In this document: piece after piece, positions 14,351-26,559 of the stretch | How the letters are laid out: the number at the start of each line of letters is the position of its first letter | Numbering within the stretch: the first letter of the stretch is position 1 | Assembly (NCBI GenBank): GCA_013416795.1 | Contig: RQSC01001015.1 | Coordinates: forward strand, 41,075 to 97,380 | DNA: 56,306 nucleotides | Origin: Prasinococcaceae sp. CCMP 1430 | Taxonomy: Eukaryota > Plantae > Prasinodermophyta | Direction of reading: 5' to 3' | The notes under the pieces: model-generated | What the model saw: the letters and a program-made list of their open reading frames with translations, nothing else | Database searches by the model: none | What the model was told of the DNA's origin: nothing | Translations under genes and position numbers: made by a program

Positions 14351-15046
14351 CGCGCCGCCCGCGGCGGCCGCCGCGTTCGTCGACCTGCTCGCGGGAGGCG
14401 CAGCCGGCGCCGGGTCCGCCAGGGACGCCAAGACGCACGCGCGCAGCAGCCTCAAGGCCATCGGGGTGGCGCTCAGCACGCGAGCGGGGGATGAGGCGGG
14501 CATAGACGCGCTCCTGGGACGCGGGGGCTTTGTGGAGGCGCTCGCAACGCGCGCCGAGGCCGACGCTGCGCGTGGCGTCACCAAGCACTCGACAATGGTG
14601 TTGGAGGAGTTGCGCGAGGTGGGCACACGCTGCGCGCCCGCACTACGCGCGCTGCCGCACCCGCGCTGTCACACGCGCGCGCGCGCCCTGTGCATGGCGC
14701 ACTGACGCGCGCGCGCGCACAGGCGCTGGCAGACCTCCTGGTCAGCGTCGCACTCGCACCTCAGATCAAGGCGCGAATTCTCAACATAGTATGGCGGCGC
14801 GCCAAGGAGGAGCGACTGCGAGCGGGCAGTGGAGGGAGCGGGGCAGGCTACGCCGTCGGCGCGACAACGCCATCGACCTCATCCGGCCACGGCTGGCTCG
14901 CGCAGCTGCGGGGCGCGAGCCAGGCCGGTCGGTCGTGGAGCGCGTGCCTGGAGAGCCTCAAACAGCAGCCCGGGACGAAGGCGTTGCCACTGCTGCTCGC
15001 ACTGCTCGCGGAGGAGTCGGACCTGCGCGCCGCCGCCTCAGATTAA
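14350..15046 (+). CDS. 3' part of an unknown helical protein; 5' end missing
   Basis: Two coding-like blocks joined in phase by a GT-AG intron (about 14620-14722) containing a CTGAC branch point. No recognised domain. Confidence 0.45.
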
Positions 15047-15270
15047 CGTCGCCCGCGCGCAGTTCGTTCGCCAACCCGACCGCACAGCCGACGCGCGCAC
15101 TTGCGAGGGACGCACCACGCCAGATGGGTCACGGTAAGCCGGTCTTTATTAAACATGTATTGCAGCAAAGAATCGGCGGAGCTCGTGCCCGGTTTGCCCG
15201 CGCGCGACGCCCATGCGCGCGCAGCGGGCTGAGTTATGTTGCCCCCAGCTGCGATATGTGTCGTGGTGAT

Positions 15271-16181
15271 CTAGTAGAAGAACTGCAAGCGCAAGAGAGA
15301 GAGAGAGAGAGAGAGAGGAGGGCACGGCACGCACGTCAGCACACGACAGCATGCGGTGCGCGACGACGTCGCGGCGGGGCGAGCGGGTCCAGCGCAACAC
15401 ACTGCTCCGAGCGCAAGCACGCTTTCCCGAGGCGTGGGTTGGGGTGCGACGCGCAATTCAACGCGCCGGCGCGAGCAGCAACAAACGCCCGCGTCCGCGT
15501 CGAAGCGCGCTTCGCAGGCCCTCGCCGCAGGCGCAGGCGCACACTCACCCCAAGGATCTTGCCACCCACGCGCTTGCGGCGGGCCTCCTCGTGGTCCATG
15601 ATGCCGCTGGCGGTGGTGAGCACGATCTTGCCGAAGAGGCGCGACGGCAGCAGGCGGCCCACCCACTCCTCGATGTCGTGGTGCGAAAGATCGTAGCGGG
15701 GCGAGATCACGCCGCACTTGTTGAGGCGGCCGTTGAGCTCCACAACGATCTTCTGCGCGCGGTGGTCGTCGACGACCTCGAACTCGTTGATGTAGCCTGG
15801 GGGACGCGCGGGGGAGGCGGCGACAGAATCGGCGCACAGCGCGTCAGCGCGTGTGCGCAGCGTGCGCAGCCGACCCGCGCTCCGCGCCCTAACAGCGGTG
15901 CTCGACACCAATCGCCCCCGCGCCCGCGCCGCGTTGCGCAATCCTCGTGCGCTGAGTCGCGGGGCCTCCCCGCCGCGTCCACGCCCCGCGGTGGCGCGAC
16001 CCCGACGCCCCGCCCGGCGCGCCGCCCGCGGCGCATCGCCCAACGCACCGTGCTTCATCATCACCTGCAGGAACTTCACCACCACCTTGGACGAGGGGCG
16101 GATGAGCACCTGGCGCTTGCCGCGCTTCTCGGCGTTGCACATGCTGCGAAGCGCATCGTTGAGCACGGAGATGCGCACCAT
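15271..16181 (-). CDS. RPS15A: 40S ribosomal protein S15a (uS8), three exons
   Basis: [57 protein letters not shown]...GGKILG-FFY. Exons 16181-16049, 15796-15549, 15282-15271. Confidence 0.97.
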
Positions 16182-16925
16182 GGTTGCGACTGCGGAGGCG
16201 AGGGAGGCGGGCGGCGCGCGGCTGTCAGCGTCGTCGCGAGCGGATGGAACGGGCGGCGCGCAGTGGCGCGTGGCCTGCGCCGGCGGCTGAGGAAGGGCAA
16301 AACCCGCGGCCGCGCGAAACGCCGGCTGGCAGGCGGCAGGCCACCGCGTGCTGCGTTGCGCGTCGCGCGGCGCGCNCCCCGCCTTACCCACCCCACCCTC
16401 GCGCGCGCGGCGGCTCGCGCAGCCGCCTCGCCTGCAATTTTCCGTGGCAAGAAGAATTTTAAAACCCATCTCCGTAAAATACGCTCGTCGAAGGATTCTA
16501 AATGATTATATTCAAAACCCATTCCTCCGATTTCGTGTGCCGTGCGATGGGGCGCGCGGCCCCGATCGACCGCCGCCGCCTCGAGCGCGGGGCCGCGACC
16601 GTTTTGACGTAGGCGGGCGCAAAAAAAAAGGACGTCAAAACGCATGACTTTTTGATTGCATTTCTCGAGGCTTTTCGATCCGGAAAATGCGCGCGCAAAA
16701 AAAAGGGTGCGCCCGTTCGCGCGGTGCGCCGCTGTTTTACGTCCGTGCGAACCGGGGTGGAACCGGGGCATCGAATCCAAGGGTGGCATGATGACCGGGT
16801 ATGTGTTAACGCTTGGCACGGATATTGCCCCGGAGTCAGACCGGGAGGTGGGTGGATTGATCGTGCGCGACGTTTGATGAATGTCCTTTGTTTGATGAAT
16901 GCTCGCTCGGTGCTGCGCCACACCG

Positions 16926-16963
<38 letters not shown>
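16926..16963 (+). repeat. C38 homopolymer
   Basis: Directly visible about 160 nt upstream of the CARNMT1 ATG. Confidence 0.9.
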
Positions 16964-17125
16964 TGCTCGCCGCCCGGCGGCCCCTCCCTCCGGACTTCAG
17001 ACGCTCAGGCCCGCGCAGGCCTTGCCGCTCTCGTTCGCCCCGCTCCCGCGCGCGCCCGGCGGTCAGCGCGCGCGCGTCGGCGCGCAGGGGAAGAAGCGCG
17101 GCCCGTGGTCCGCGCCGCGCCGGCG

Positions 17126-18313
17126 ATGTCGGTCGAGGCCGCGGCGGCGCGCGTGGCCGAGGCGGGCGGTGCGGGCGCCGATGAGCTCGACCGCGTCGCG
17201 CACGAGGAGATGCTCGCATTGGGCAAGGTGGTTCGCGCGTACGAGGCGTATGAGGAGTCGACGCTGCGCGAGGTGTTTCGCTGGGAGTGGAACCTGTCCA
17301 AGCTGTCGGAGGAGGACAAGGCGCTCGTGCCCAACCTGCCGCGGCGCATCGAGCGCGCGCGGGGCCTGGTCGAGCACAACGCGCGTGCGCTCGCCGCCAT
17401 CACCAGTGCTTTCGATGGCGCGGCGGAGACCGCACGCTGTGTCGACAGGAGTGCGGTGACGCACGGCGACATCGAGAAGGTCCGCTGCGTGATGCGCTCC
17501 ATCGCTCGCGACTGGACGCAGGAGGGCAAGGCCGAGCGCGACGCGAGCTACGGGCCCATAATCAGAGAGCTCGAGCGCGTGCTGCCGCTGAGCGGCGCGA
17601 ACGGAGGGGCACACGGCGCGTCGTGGGGTGGCGCGCACGAGCACGCGCCCCCCAACACGCCGCCGCCGCGCGTGCTCGTGCCGGGGGCGGGGCTGGGGCG
17701 GCTCGCCTGGGAGATCGCCAGGCGAGGATACGAGTCGCAGGGCAATGAGTTCAGCTACTACATGCTGCTCGCGAGCAGCTACGTGCTCAATGGCACCGAC
17801 GCGGCCGAGCCGACGAGCATCTACCCATGGGTGCACTCGACTTCGAACAATGTCACCGATGCGGACGCCGAGAGGCCCGCGACATTCCCCGACGTGTCGC
17901 CGAGCGGCGAGCCGGGCGACCCTCCCCTGAACATGTCGATGTGCGCCGGCGATTTCGTGGAGGTGTACACGGCGGAGGACATGGTGGGCGCGTGGGATGC
18001 GGTGTGCACCTGCTTTTTCCTTGATACGGCCGAGAACGTGCTACAATACCTGCGCACAGTGTACGGGTGCCTGCGGCCGGGCGGCTACCTGATCAATCTC
18101 GGGCCGCTGCTGTTCCACTGGGCGGAGCACGGCGGCGAGCAGCTGAGCCTTGAGATGAGCCTTGAGGATGTGCTGCTCGCCGCCGATCGCATAGGTTTCG
18201 AGCTCGTGAGGCGCGAGGCGGAGCTGCTGCCGTGCGGGTACACCGGCAACGCGAAGAGCATGCTGCGCACAGTGTACCACTGCGCCATGTTCACTCTGCG
18301 CAAGCCGGCGTGA
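17126..18313 (+). CDS. CARNMT1: Carnosine N-methyltransferase-like protein (N2227 family)
   Basis: DIEKVRCVMRSIARDWTQEG..VLVPGAGLGRLAWEIA..QGNEFSYYM..MCAGDFVEVY..TCFFLDTAENVLQY..NLGPLLFH. Confidence 0.93.
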   Translation: MSVEAAAARVAEAGGAGADELDRVAHEEMLALGKVVRAYEAYEESTLREVFRWEWNLSKLSEEDKALVPNLPRRIERARGLVEHNARALAAITSAFDGAAETARCVDRSAVTHGDIEKVRCVMRSIARDWTQEGKAERDASYGPIIRELERVLPLSGANGGAHGASWGGAHEHAPPNTPPPRVLVPGAGLGRLAWEIARRGYESQGNEFSYYMLLASSYVLNGTDAAEPTSIYPWVHSTSNNVTDADAERPATFPDVSPSGEPGDPPLNMSMCAGDFVEVYTAEDMVGAWDAVCTCFFLDTAENVLQYLRTVYGCLRPGGYLINLGPLLFHWAEHGGEQLSLEMSLEDVLLAADRIGFELVRREAELLPCGYTGNAKSMLRTVYHCAMFTLRKPA

Positions 18314-18399
18314 AGGCCTCCCAGCAATACAGTGTACATTGTTGTTATTACATACCATAATGAATGGCGCGCATTTCCTGCCCGCCTCGTCTCGAACGG

Positions 18400-21300
18400 T
18401 CACACGTTGGCCGCGCTGGCGCCGGTTTGCCTGCCGGGCTCGGCCCCGTCGTCTCGCAACCTGCCCATCACGTCCTGCGTTTGCCCCACCATATCGCGAA
18501 CATCCCACATGCGCATAAGCGGCGGCGTCATCCGGTAACTCTTGTAGCGCTTCAGCTGCAACAGCGCGTCCTGGCTGAACTGTCCTAGCTCATACTTGTT
18601 GCCTCGCTGCTTCGCCCTGTCCGTCTGCTGCAACTTCATCCGCCTGCGCATGCTCAGCTTGCGCGCAGCCGCGCGGCATTGTGCGACCGCAATGAGGCCG
18701 GCCAGCACGGCCGCAATGCCGGCACCGAGCATCCACAGCGGGATCGGGAGCTTATCCGCCCAGTTTTCGACGTACACAGGCGGTGGCGGAGCATACACGG
18801 GTGCAAACAAGGTGACGTCGCAGGACGTCGAATTCACCTGCGAGGTCGTCGTGAGGTGAGGGCACGGAAGGCACGCCTTCGTGCCAGTCTCCGGCGCGTA
18901 CGTGTCCATCGGGCAGCCAGCGCACCGCGTTGAGCCGTACGTCTCGGCGGCGTGGCCCACCGGGCACGGGATGCAGCTCATCGAGGTGCCCCGGGGCTGG
19001 TAGGTGCCCGGTGGGCAGTAGAAACACGCGGGCGAGTTGGCCTTCGCGGCAAACGAGCCCGCCTCGCAGCGCGTGCAGTAATCCGAGTCCGCAGGCGCCT
19101 TGATTGCAGGATCGACGGTCCAGAAAGGCGGCGGGCTCGGGCTCGGCGGCGGCGGTGACAGCGAGGTGCCAGGGGGAAGCGGTTTTGGCGGCGGCGACGG
19201 TGGCGGCCCGGGCGGGAGCGGCGGCGGACTCGGCGAGGGTGGCGGTGACGGGCTCGGTGGCGGGTGCGGAGGCGGTGGGCTGGGCGGCGGTGGGCTGGGC
19301 GGCAGATTCGTCGGCGGAGTTGGCGGCGGCGGTTGCGGTGGAGGAGCTGGCGGTGGCTGGGGTGTCGGAGGAGGGGCTGGCGGCAAGAGACCACGGACGT
19401 CATCCGCGCCCTCGCCGTCGCGGCCAGGTGACTGGGCGCCGCTGTCTCCTCCGTCGCCTCCCCCCGCGTCCCCGCCCGCGTCACCTGGCCCACCTTCCGC
19501 TGGCAGCGGCGGTGGGAAAGGCGAGAGCGCCGTCAGCATCGGCGGGGGCGGCCACGTCGGCGGGCGCGGAGCCTCTTTGCCACCGATTTCGCCACCAGTT
19601 TCCTTCGGAGGCGGGGCCACCTCGCTGAGTGGTCCGTCAGGCTCCGTCAGGCGCGTCCCCGGGGGACAGTGACCACGCGCTACTCCGTACACCACCAGCG
19701 CGTTCTCGTCCGAAACGGGCGAGGTCACTGAGGAACCCGATTTTAGCACACTCAGGCCGATGGTGAGCACGTCTTCCGGGCGCACCGTGTTCCATTCCAG
19801 GGGCACAGGTACGACCTTGTCCTCGGAAGCGAAGGGCTCCCAGGACAGAACGCCAGTCGCCAACGCCGTGTCCCTCTTCCAGTCAGGGTAGACCTCGCCG
19901 CGCGCGGCGGTGCCGCCCTCGAGCCTCCAGCGCACCTTCAAGCCGTGCTGAGACGGCGACTGGGGCCGCACGGTGACATACCCGTACTCATCCCCGCGAT
20001 ACGCCTGCGCACCCGGCACAATTGTGACGACGGGAGTCGCATCTTCGTCGGCGATGCTCACCACCGTGACGGTCTCGTTCTCGTTGAGGTCGGCGTTGAT
20101 GGGATCGTACAGCTCGGCGCTGAACTTCTCCTGGAAGAGCTCCAGGACCGCATCGTCAACGAGCAGGACGTCGACCGACCGCACGCCGGGCGAGTGGGGG
20201 GCCCACGACAGGCCCGTCGCGTTGACGACGTAATCGTCCGCAATGGATCCGTTTCCCGGCTGCGCTTTCCTCACACGCTCGAGAGTCCGAGGGAACATGC
20301 TCCCCTCTGCCACGGCCATCTCGACCGCCCTGTCTCCCGCGGTGATGTTGGCGCTCACGTGGACCTCGTCCGTGTTGTCGCCCACGAGCTCGACCTCGAT
20401 CGTCGCGACGGTGGCGTTCTCGAGCACCACAAGCTTGCGCTGCGCCACGCGCAGCGTCGGGCCGGAGGCGTAGAAGCTCAGCGTGTCGTTGGCGTCGCTG
20501 TACTGCTGGCCATTGAGCGAGACCTGCACTGGGTGGACGCCCTCGCGCATTGGCCGAACGACCGATCGCGTCCGAGCGGGGGGCGTCCTGCAGGCGAGCG
20601 ACGTCTCGTCTGCGCGCAGGGAGGCGTTGACGACGATCGGACCACCGCCCTCGTCGAATCCGAGCAGGCAAGTCGCGCGGATGCTGCCCGGGACGACGCC
20701 CACGTGTGACACCGGCGTCGAGTGCTCAGGCATGTACTGCAGGTTGCTCGCGTACACGGTGACATCCTGCGCACCGTACCGTGTGAGCTCCGGCGGCGCC
20801 ACCTTCCTCACGAGCGGCTGCTGGTAGTACACGAACGGCACCGTCACCGCGCACCCCACGCCGTAGGCGCCGTCGACGCCCCATTCGACCGTCACGTTGA
20901 TGACGCCCGCGCCCTCAGGGCTCGCGCAGCGCACCGCGCCGACCGCCCCGTGGCCGTCAGCAGCGTCGCCGCCGCCGTCGTCGTCGACGACGCCCGGCAC
21001 CCGCGTCCCGCCCGGCTCGGGGTACACGTAGAGGCAGCTCATTATGTTCTCGACGAGGCCCAGACCGCGGAACGTCGTGACGGTCCCGCCCACGTCCGGG
21101 CCCGAAACGGGCGCGTAGTCCTCGACGAGGATGCGCCTGACGCTCAGCCTCTCCGCCAGCAGGGCGGCCTCCACTGCCGCGCTCTGCGACGCCGCTAGGT
21201 CCGCGTCGGTGGTCATCTCGTCGAAGACGAGGAGCGCCGGGTCGACGCCGCTCAGGATGGCGTCCTCGGCCATCCCGGTGAAATTGACGAGCGTCACCAT

Positions 21301-21871
21301 GAAGGGCTCCGCGGCGCCCTCCACAAGCGCAAGCGCGACCATGCCACCTCCCCCGGCGGGCAGGCTGCAGCGCAGCCGCGTCAGCTCTGCGCCGCCCTCG
21401 TCCGCGACCTCGGTCGACACGAACTCCGCGGGCACCGCCTGCGCGTAGAGCTCGGCGTGAATGGCGGCATCGGCGGCGAAGGCGCGCAGGCGGCGCGCCT
21501 CGTCGCGTTCGGCGCCGGTGCGCGCCACGGCCTCCCGGTAGTCCCTGCTAAAGTCGCCCCCCTCCGCTTCAATGCGCCGAAGCTCGGCGAGCATGTTGCG
21601 CTCGTACTCCGCGGCGACCAGCGCGCGCGCCTCCTGCGCGAGAGCCGCGTCCGCCGCGCTCGCCGCGTAGAAGCGGCAGCTCATTGGGCGCGCGCCCGGC
21701 GCGGACGGCGACCAGCCCAGGTCAAGCGCGGCCACCTCGAGCGCCGTGCTGCCGTCGGCCTGGCCACACGCGTGCGACACGCTGACGATGGTCCCGCCCG
21801 TTATGTCCGCGACGGGCGGCGGCGGGGGGCTCGGCGGCGGCGGTGGCGGCGGTGGCGGGCTCGGCGGGGGG
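18400..21871 (-). CDS. Large type I cell-surface protein: IPT/TIG-like and Calx-beta-like modules, SPPP Pro-rich stalk, Cys-rich GCC2/ephrin-receptor-like repeats, one TM helix; 5' end cut at N 21872
   Basis: VQVSLNGQQYS (IPT-like); VLENATVATIEVELVG..DDAVLE..FSAEL (Calx-beta-like); CxxCEAGSF and CxxCPPGTYQ repeats; TM LWMLGAGIAAVLAGLIAVA followed by basic residues. Confidence 0.75.
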
Positions 21872-22127
21872 NAACTCCCGAGATGATTTCATAGACTTTG
21901 ACCTAAAACGCTTGATGTAAAAAGTCTATGAAACACGCGGTTCGGACCGTCGAAATTTCGGGAGCCCCGGCGCGCCGCAATTTGCTGGAAACCCTTCCGG
22001 GCGCCCGACCAAACCCAAAGTGGCGCGCGCGCGCGCGCGCCCGCGCGCGCGCGGCGCGGGCCCCGCGAACGTACCAGGAATCCGAACCGACCGACGGGAA
22101 GAGCGAGCAAGAGCGAGACCGCAACCC

Positions 22128-22256
22128 CAATGATACCAAGGTGCGAATTGATGGCATTCCAACCACAGATGTGCAGTGCGAGACCCAACGCCACACGAAA
22201 GCAATGATACCAAGGTGCGAATTGATGGCGTTCCAACCACAGATGTGCAGTGCGAG
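22128..22256. repeat. Direct repeat, two 55-nt copies (22128-22182, 22202-22256), one mismatch, 19-nt spacer
   Basis: CAATGATACCAAGGTGCGAATTGATGGC[A/G]TTCCAACCACAGATGTGCAGTGCGAG occurs twice. Confidence 0.9.
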
Positions 22257-22358
22257 GAGGATTCTCTTTAGGGTTATTAGAGCTTGGTTTATTCGAATGT
22301 TCGAATGCGTTCGACCGAGTGCGGTTTTGGGACTGATGGTGGGGGCCGAAGGCGCGAA

Positions 22359-24149
22359 ATGATCCGGACCTTCGAGTCGTCGCGGGCGGCGCGGCGGGGC
22401 GAGGCGCGGCGACGAGCCTGGGAACGGTTGGGGCGGAGCGCGCGCGCGCGGGAGCGCAGCTCGCCGCACGAGCACCCGGCCTGCCGGCCGCGGCGGGCGC
22501 TCGCGCACGTCGTCGGCGTCGAGGCGCGCAACCTGGCGATGCCGGACGGCGATGGGGAGCGCGCGGCGGGGACGCGCTGTGTGTACTATACGCTCTCGGA
22601 GGGCGGCGACGGCGCCTGCCGGGGTCCGCTCTACTACATGAGCGAGGCAGTGCCCGCGGCGCTCAATCCCGAGTGGCACTCTGTCGACCACGCGCGCGCC
22701 TCCTCGCGCAGCGCGGCCTACAGGGGCAGGGTGCTCCTCGAAATCCGCGCGGTGCGGCCTGGGGAGGTCGGCGCGGCGTGTGAGGGGGCGCACGTGCTGC
22801 GGGCGGCGGTGGATCTCAACGGCCTGGCGTACGCAGGCAGCTCGATGCCTGTGCCCGCCACGCAGTTTCCCCCGAATACGGTCATCTTCGAGCTCACCGA
22901 TGGCTTCTACGTGCCCCCGCAGCACGCGCACGCGTTCGAGCTCGAGCCGCGCGACGCGGACGCCGACATGCCGCCGCTGGTGCCCCCCGCGGCGGAGGAT
23001 GACCTCCTGGCCGGCGACCTCGTTTCGCACAGCGCTGAGGTGGCAGCCGAGGGGACGCAGCTGCTCCTCGGCCAGTACGTGTCGGCGGCCGAAGAGGCGG
23101 CCGGGCTGAAGGGGAAGCTCGACAGCGCGCGCCGCCGAGTGACACAGGCGGAGGCGGCGCTGGCGAGGGAGGCGGGCGAGGGCGGTGGGGGTGGGGACTT
23201 GCAGCGGCGGGTGGCCCTGCGCCACGCGCGAGAGCACAGGCGGGCGGCGCTGCACGAGCGCATCTCGGCGGCCGAACGAGCAGCCGCCCGGTGCCGCGGC
23301 GAGGCTTCTGGCATACAGGCGTCAATCGTGCAGCGCGAGAAGGCCCTCCGCCACGCGGAGCGCGAGCTCCAGGCGTCGAAGCAGCGGCTGAGCGAGGCCG
23401 ACGCTCTCCTTCAAGGCGAAGGGGGGCGCGGGGCGCTCGTTGAAGCCAAAAAGCAACTGCACGTGCGTCGCTGGTCGCTCGTCAGGCAGGTGGCCGATGT
23501 GTATCCCATCCTCAAGGAGTACTTCGACTCTGGCTCGGACGCGAGCGCCGCTGGGGATGCAGGGCCGGGCGCCGGCGTCGGCTCGCCACCGCCGCAGTAC
23601 TCGATCGCGGGGGTCTGCCTCAACTTCCAGAACAAGCCGCACAACGAGGCCGCCCACGCGACCAGCGCCGCTCGGGGGAAGGTCGCGGCGCGCGCCGCGG
23701 GGTCGGGCCGCACCCCGCAGGCCTCGGCCGCGGCCGCAGACATGGAGCCAGACCAGCTGGTGGCCGTCGCGTTCGGATACGTGGCGCACGTGCTCGTGCT
23801 GCTCACTCGTTACCTCGGCATCCTGCCGCGCTACCCCGTGCGCGCGGCCGCGAGCCGGTCCTCCGTGTGCGACACGATGGTGGTCAACAGGCGTGGCGAG
23901 GGCTTCGGCGTGGGCAGGGACGCCGGCAGAAAGCGAGGCGAGCCGCGCCGCGTCACCGTGTCGCTGCCGCTGCACGCCGAGGCGGGCGTGGAGCCGTCGC
24001 ACTTCGCGTTCGCTGTGGTGCAGCTGAACAAGAACATCGAGCAAATACTGCAAATGTTCGGCATGAGCGGCCTCGGGCCAAAGCACACTCTGCACAACCT
24101 CGCGACGGTGATGGACGCGGCCGGCGCGCCTGTTCACCAGGGAGGGTGA
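22359..24149 (+). CDS. UVRAG: UVRAG/VPS38 (PI3K complex II subunit)
   Basis: C2-like YYMSEAVPAALNPEW and FPPNTVIFELTDGFY, a long coiled coil, then VAVAFGYVAHVLVLLTRYLGILPRYP and FAVVQLNKNIEQI. Confidence 0.85.
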   Translation: MIRTFESSRAARRGEARRRAWERLGRSARARERSSPHEHPACRPRRALAHVVGVEARNLAMPDGDGERAAGTRCVYYTLSEGGDGACRGPLYYMSEAVPAALNPEWHSVDHARASSRSAAYRGRVLLEIRAVRPGEVGAACEGAHVLRAAVDLNGLAYAGSSMPVPATQFPPNTVIFELTDGFYVPPQHAHAFELEPRDADADMPPLVPPAAEDDLLAGDLVSHSAEVAAEGTQLLLGQYVSAAEEAAGLKGKLDSARRRVTQAEAALAREAGEGGGGGDLQRRVALRHAREHRRAALHERISAAERAAARCRGEASGIQASIVQREKALRHAERELQASKQRLSEADALLQGEGGRGALVEAKKQLHVRRWSLVRQVADVYPILKEYFDSGSDASAAGDAGPGAGVGSPPPQYSIAGVCLNFQNKPHNEAAHATSAARGKVAARAAGSGRTPQASAAAADMEPDQLVAVAFGYVAHVLVLLTRYLGILPRYPVRAAASRSSVCDTMVVNRRGEGFGVGRDAGRKRGEPRRVTVSLPLHAEAGVEPSHFAFAVVQLNKNIEQILQMFGMSGLGPKHTLHNLATVMDAAGAPVHQGG

Positions 24150-24295
24150 CGTTCGCGCGCCATGTAAACTAGCGCCCCTGCAGGCACCGTTCCGCTCGCA
24201 CGGCGCCTGGCATGTGTGGAGTTCTGTATGGTACGTTACGCCGACGCGCGGCACAGCGACGGCAGGCGCCGCGCGCTGGAACCCTCGGCAATGAC

Positions 24296-24873
24296 CTACA
24301 TGGGCAGAACCGGGTTGGGCGACACGTAGGCCCAGCCCATGCCGAGCGTGATGTTGGCCCAGATCACACCCGACAGCGCGCCGGTGAGGAAGCCACCCGC
24401 GAACGACGACCAGCCCTCAGCAGTCTGCAGCGGATCGGCCGACATGGTGCGGCCGGTGAGCGTCAGCGAGGTCTCGGGGGTCTCCTTGCCCGGCTGGAAG
24501 GTGGCCACGCCGTACATGGCCATGGCGGTCGCAGCGATCAGCACGGTGCCCGCGGCGGAAAGGGTGCCGGCGGTGAGCGCCATGTCGGTGTCACGCAGCG
24601 GGCCGAGCACGTAGAAGGGACCGACCAGGAAGAAGCCGTGGACGAGGCCGATCTCCACACCACGCAGGACGGGGGGCGCCGACGCGCGGTACGCGGGCAG
24701 GCCCGACAGGAAGCTGGCCACCAGCGGCGACGAGGTCACGGGCGTCTCGAACATGCCGATGAAGGGGTCGTCGTTCAGCGGGGCGATCACCTGGTCGGGG
24801 GCGCCGCCGTTGACGTCCGCGGCGGCCTTGGCCGCGGTGCGGAGCGCGCGCGGGGCGCGGGCGCGCGACGCCT
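24296..24873 (-). CDS. PSAL: Photosystem I subunit L; 5' end lies in the N gap
   Basis: VIAPLNDDPFIGMFETPVTSSPLVASFLSGLPAYR..LRGVEIGLVHGFFLVGPFYVLGPLR..DPLQTAEGWSSFAGGF. Confidence 0.97.
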
Positions 24874-25429
24874 NNNNNNNNNNNNNNNNNNNNNNNNNNN
24901 NNNNNNNNNNNNNNNNNNNNNNNNNNNNNNNNNNNNNNNNNNNNNNNNNNNNNNNNNNNNNNNNNNNNNNNNNNNNNNNNNNNNNNNNNNNNNNNNNNNN
25001 NNNNNNNNNNNNNNNNNNNNNNNNNNNNNNNNNNNNNNNNNNNNNNNNNNNNNNNNNNNNNNNNNNNNNNNNNNNNNNNNNNNNNNNNNNNNNNNNNNNN
25101 NNNNNNNNNNNNNNNNNNNNNNNNNNNNNNNNNNNNNNNNNNNNNNNNNNNNNNNNNNNNNNNNNNNNNNNNNNNNNNNNNNNNNNNNNNNNNNNNNNNN
25201 NNNNNNNNNNNNNNNNNNNNNNNNNNNNNNNNNNNNNNNNNNNNNNNNNNNNNNNNNNNNNNNNNNNNNNNNNNNNNNNNNNNNNNNNNNNNNNNNNNNN
25301 NNNNNNNNNNNNNNNNNNNNNNNNNNNNNNNNNNNNNNNNNNNNNNNNNNNNNNNNNNNNNNNNNNNNNNNNNNNNNNNNNNNNNNNNNNNNNNNNNNNN
25401 NNNNNNNNNNNNNNNNNNNNNNNNNNNNN
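24874..25429. other. Assembly gap (N run)
   Basis: Run of N bases. Confidence 1.
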
Positions 25430-26559
25430 CGCGCGCCGCCCGAAATCGCGGCCCGCGAAATCCGCCCCGCGCACGCCGGCCGCGCGACCGCGCCGATACG
25501 CCACCCCGCGGAACGCCCCGCGCCGAAACGGAATCCGCAAACGTTATCCGCCCTCACACAGGCCCATACACACCCGCGAGCAAAAGATATCGCGTGTGCG
25601 CGCGCGCGTGCGTTTTCGTGTGCGTGTAAATGTTGAAGTGTGTTTTCGTGTCTGCGTGTGTTTCCGTGTGTGTTTCCGCGTGAGTGTGTTTTTGATGGGC
25701 CGCACGTCAGAGCGCATGCGAACGCGCGCCCGCGGCCCGCGGCCCGCCCCCGCCCCCGCCCCCTTTTTTTTGCGGCGCGAACGCACAGGTACCAGGTACC
25801 GTAAAAATGACGCGGAAATCGCGCTCGACTCGTATGAGAACGCAGGCGATCGGGAGCGGGACCGGCGGCGTCCGCCGCGCTCCTTTTCCGTTTTTTTTTT
25901 GTTTGTTTTTAAATTTATTTATTTGTGTTTGTTTCCCGTATTTTTAAAACGACGGAAGGGGTGGCGAAATGGTCGCGGCGCGGAGGGAGCTCGCGTCACG
26001 GAGCATCCATCGAGGGCGCCCTCGCGCGGCGAACCGCATGCGAAATTATTTCCACTTGCTTTTCTTTTTCCTTTTTGACCTCATTTCCCTTGCCGGCCCG
26101 ATTTTTTTTCCTTTTCCCGCCGGCGCTCTCGCACGCGGAGTTAGGGGTACCTCACAACATGTTTAGGGTAGGGTTAAATGGGCGATTCTATGTCGTGTCC
26201 TCTGCAACGTGCACAGCAACCACCGAAGGGTGGCAGGCGTCGTTGCTGGTCGAGCGCGCCGCTCGACGAGGGGCACCGCACGCCTCGCCGCGTTGGCTCT
26301 CGCGGCAAGGGGATTGGGGCGTCGCCAGCCGCCGGAGGCGATCGGCGGCGGTGGGTGGGACCCGCCGAGCGCGCGTGCGTCAGGGCCGCGCGCCGAGAGC
26401 GCAGCGAGCAGCCCAGCCGCGACGTCACATGCTTGTCTGTGTGTGTACATGTTGTCTACAATACAAGCGGCGCTGTGCGGGGAGCGACTGCGCAAAGCCG
26501 CGCCCGCCCGCGAGTGGCGAGGGCGTCGCACAACTACTCCGCGCCCGCGCCGCAGCGCC

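Noticed and set aside
22128-22256. CRISPR-like repeat-spacer-repeat
   Set aside because: Only two copies, the repeat is too long and the spacer too short, the context is eukaryotic and no cas genes are present.
24212-26078. Long ORFs containing poly-X
   Set aside because: Created by translating the N gap.
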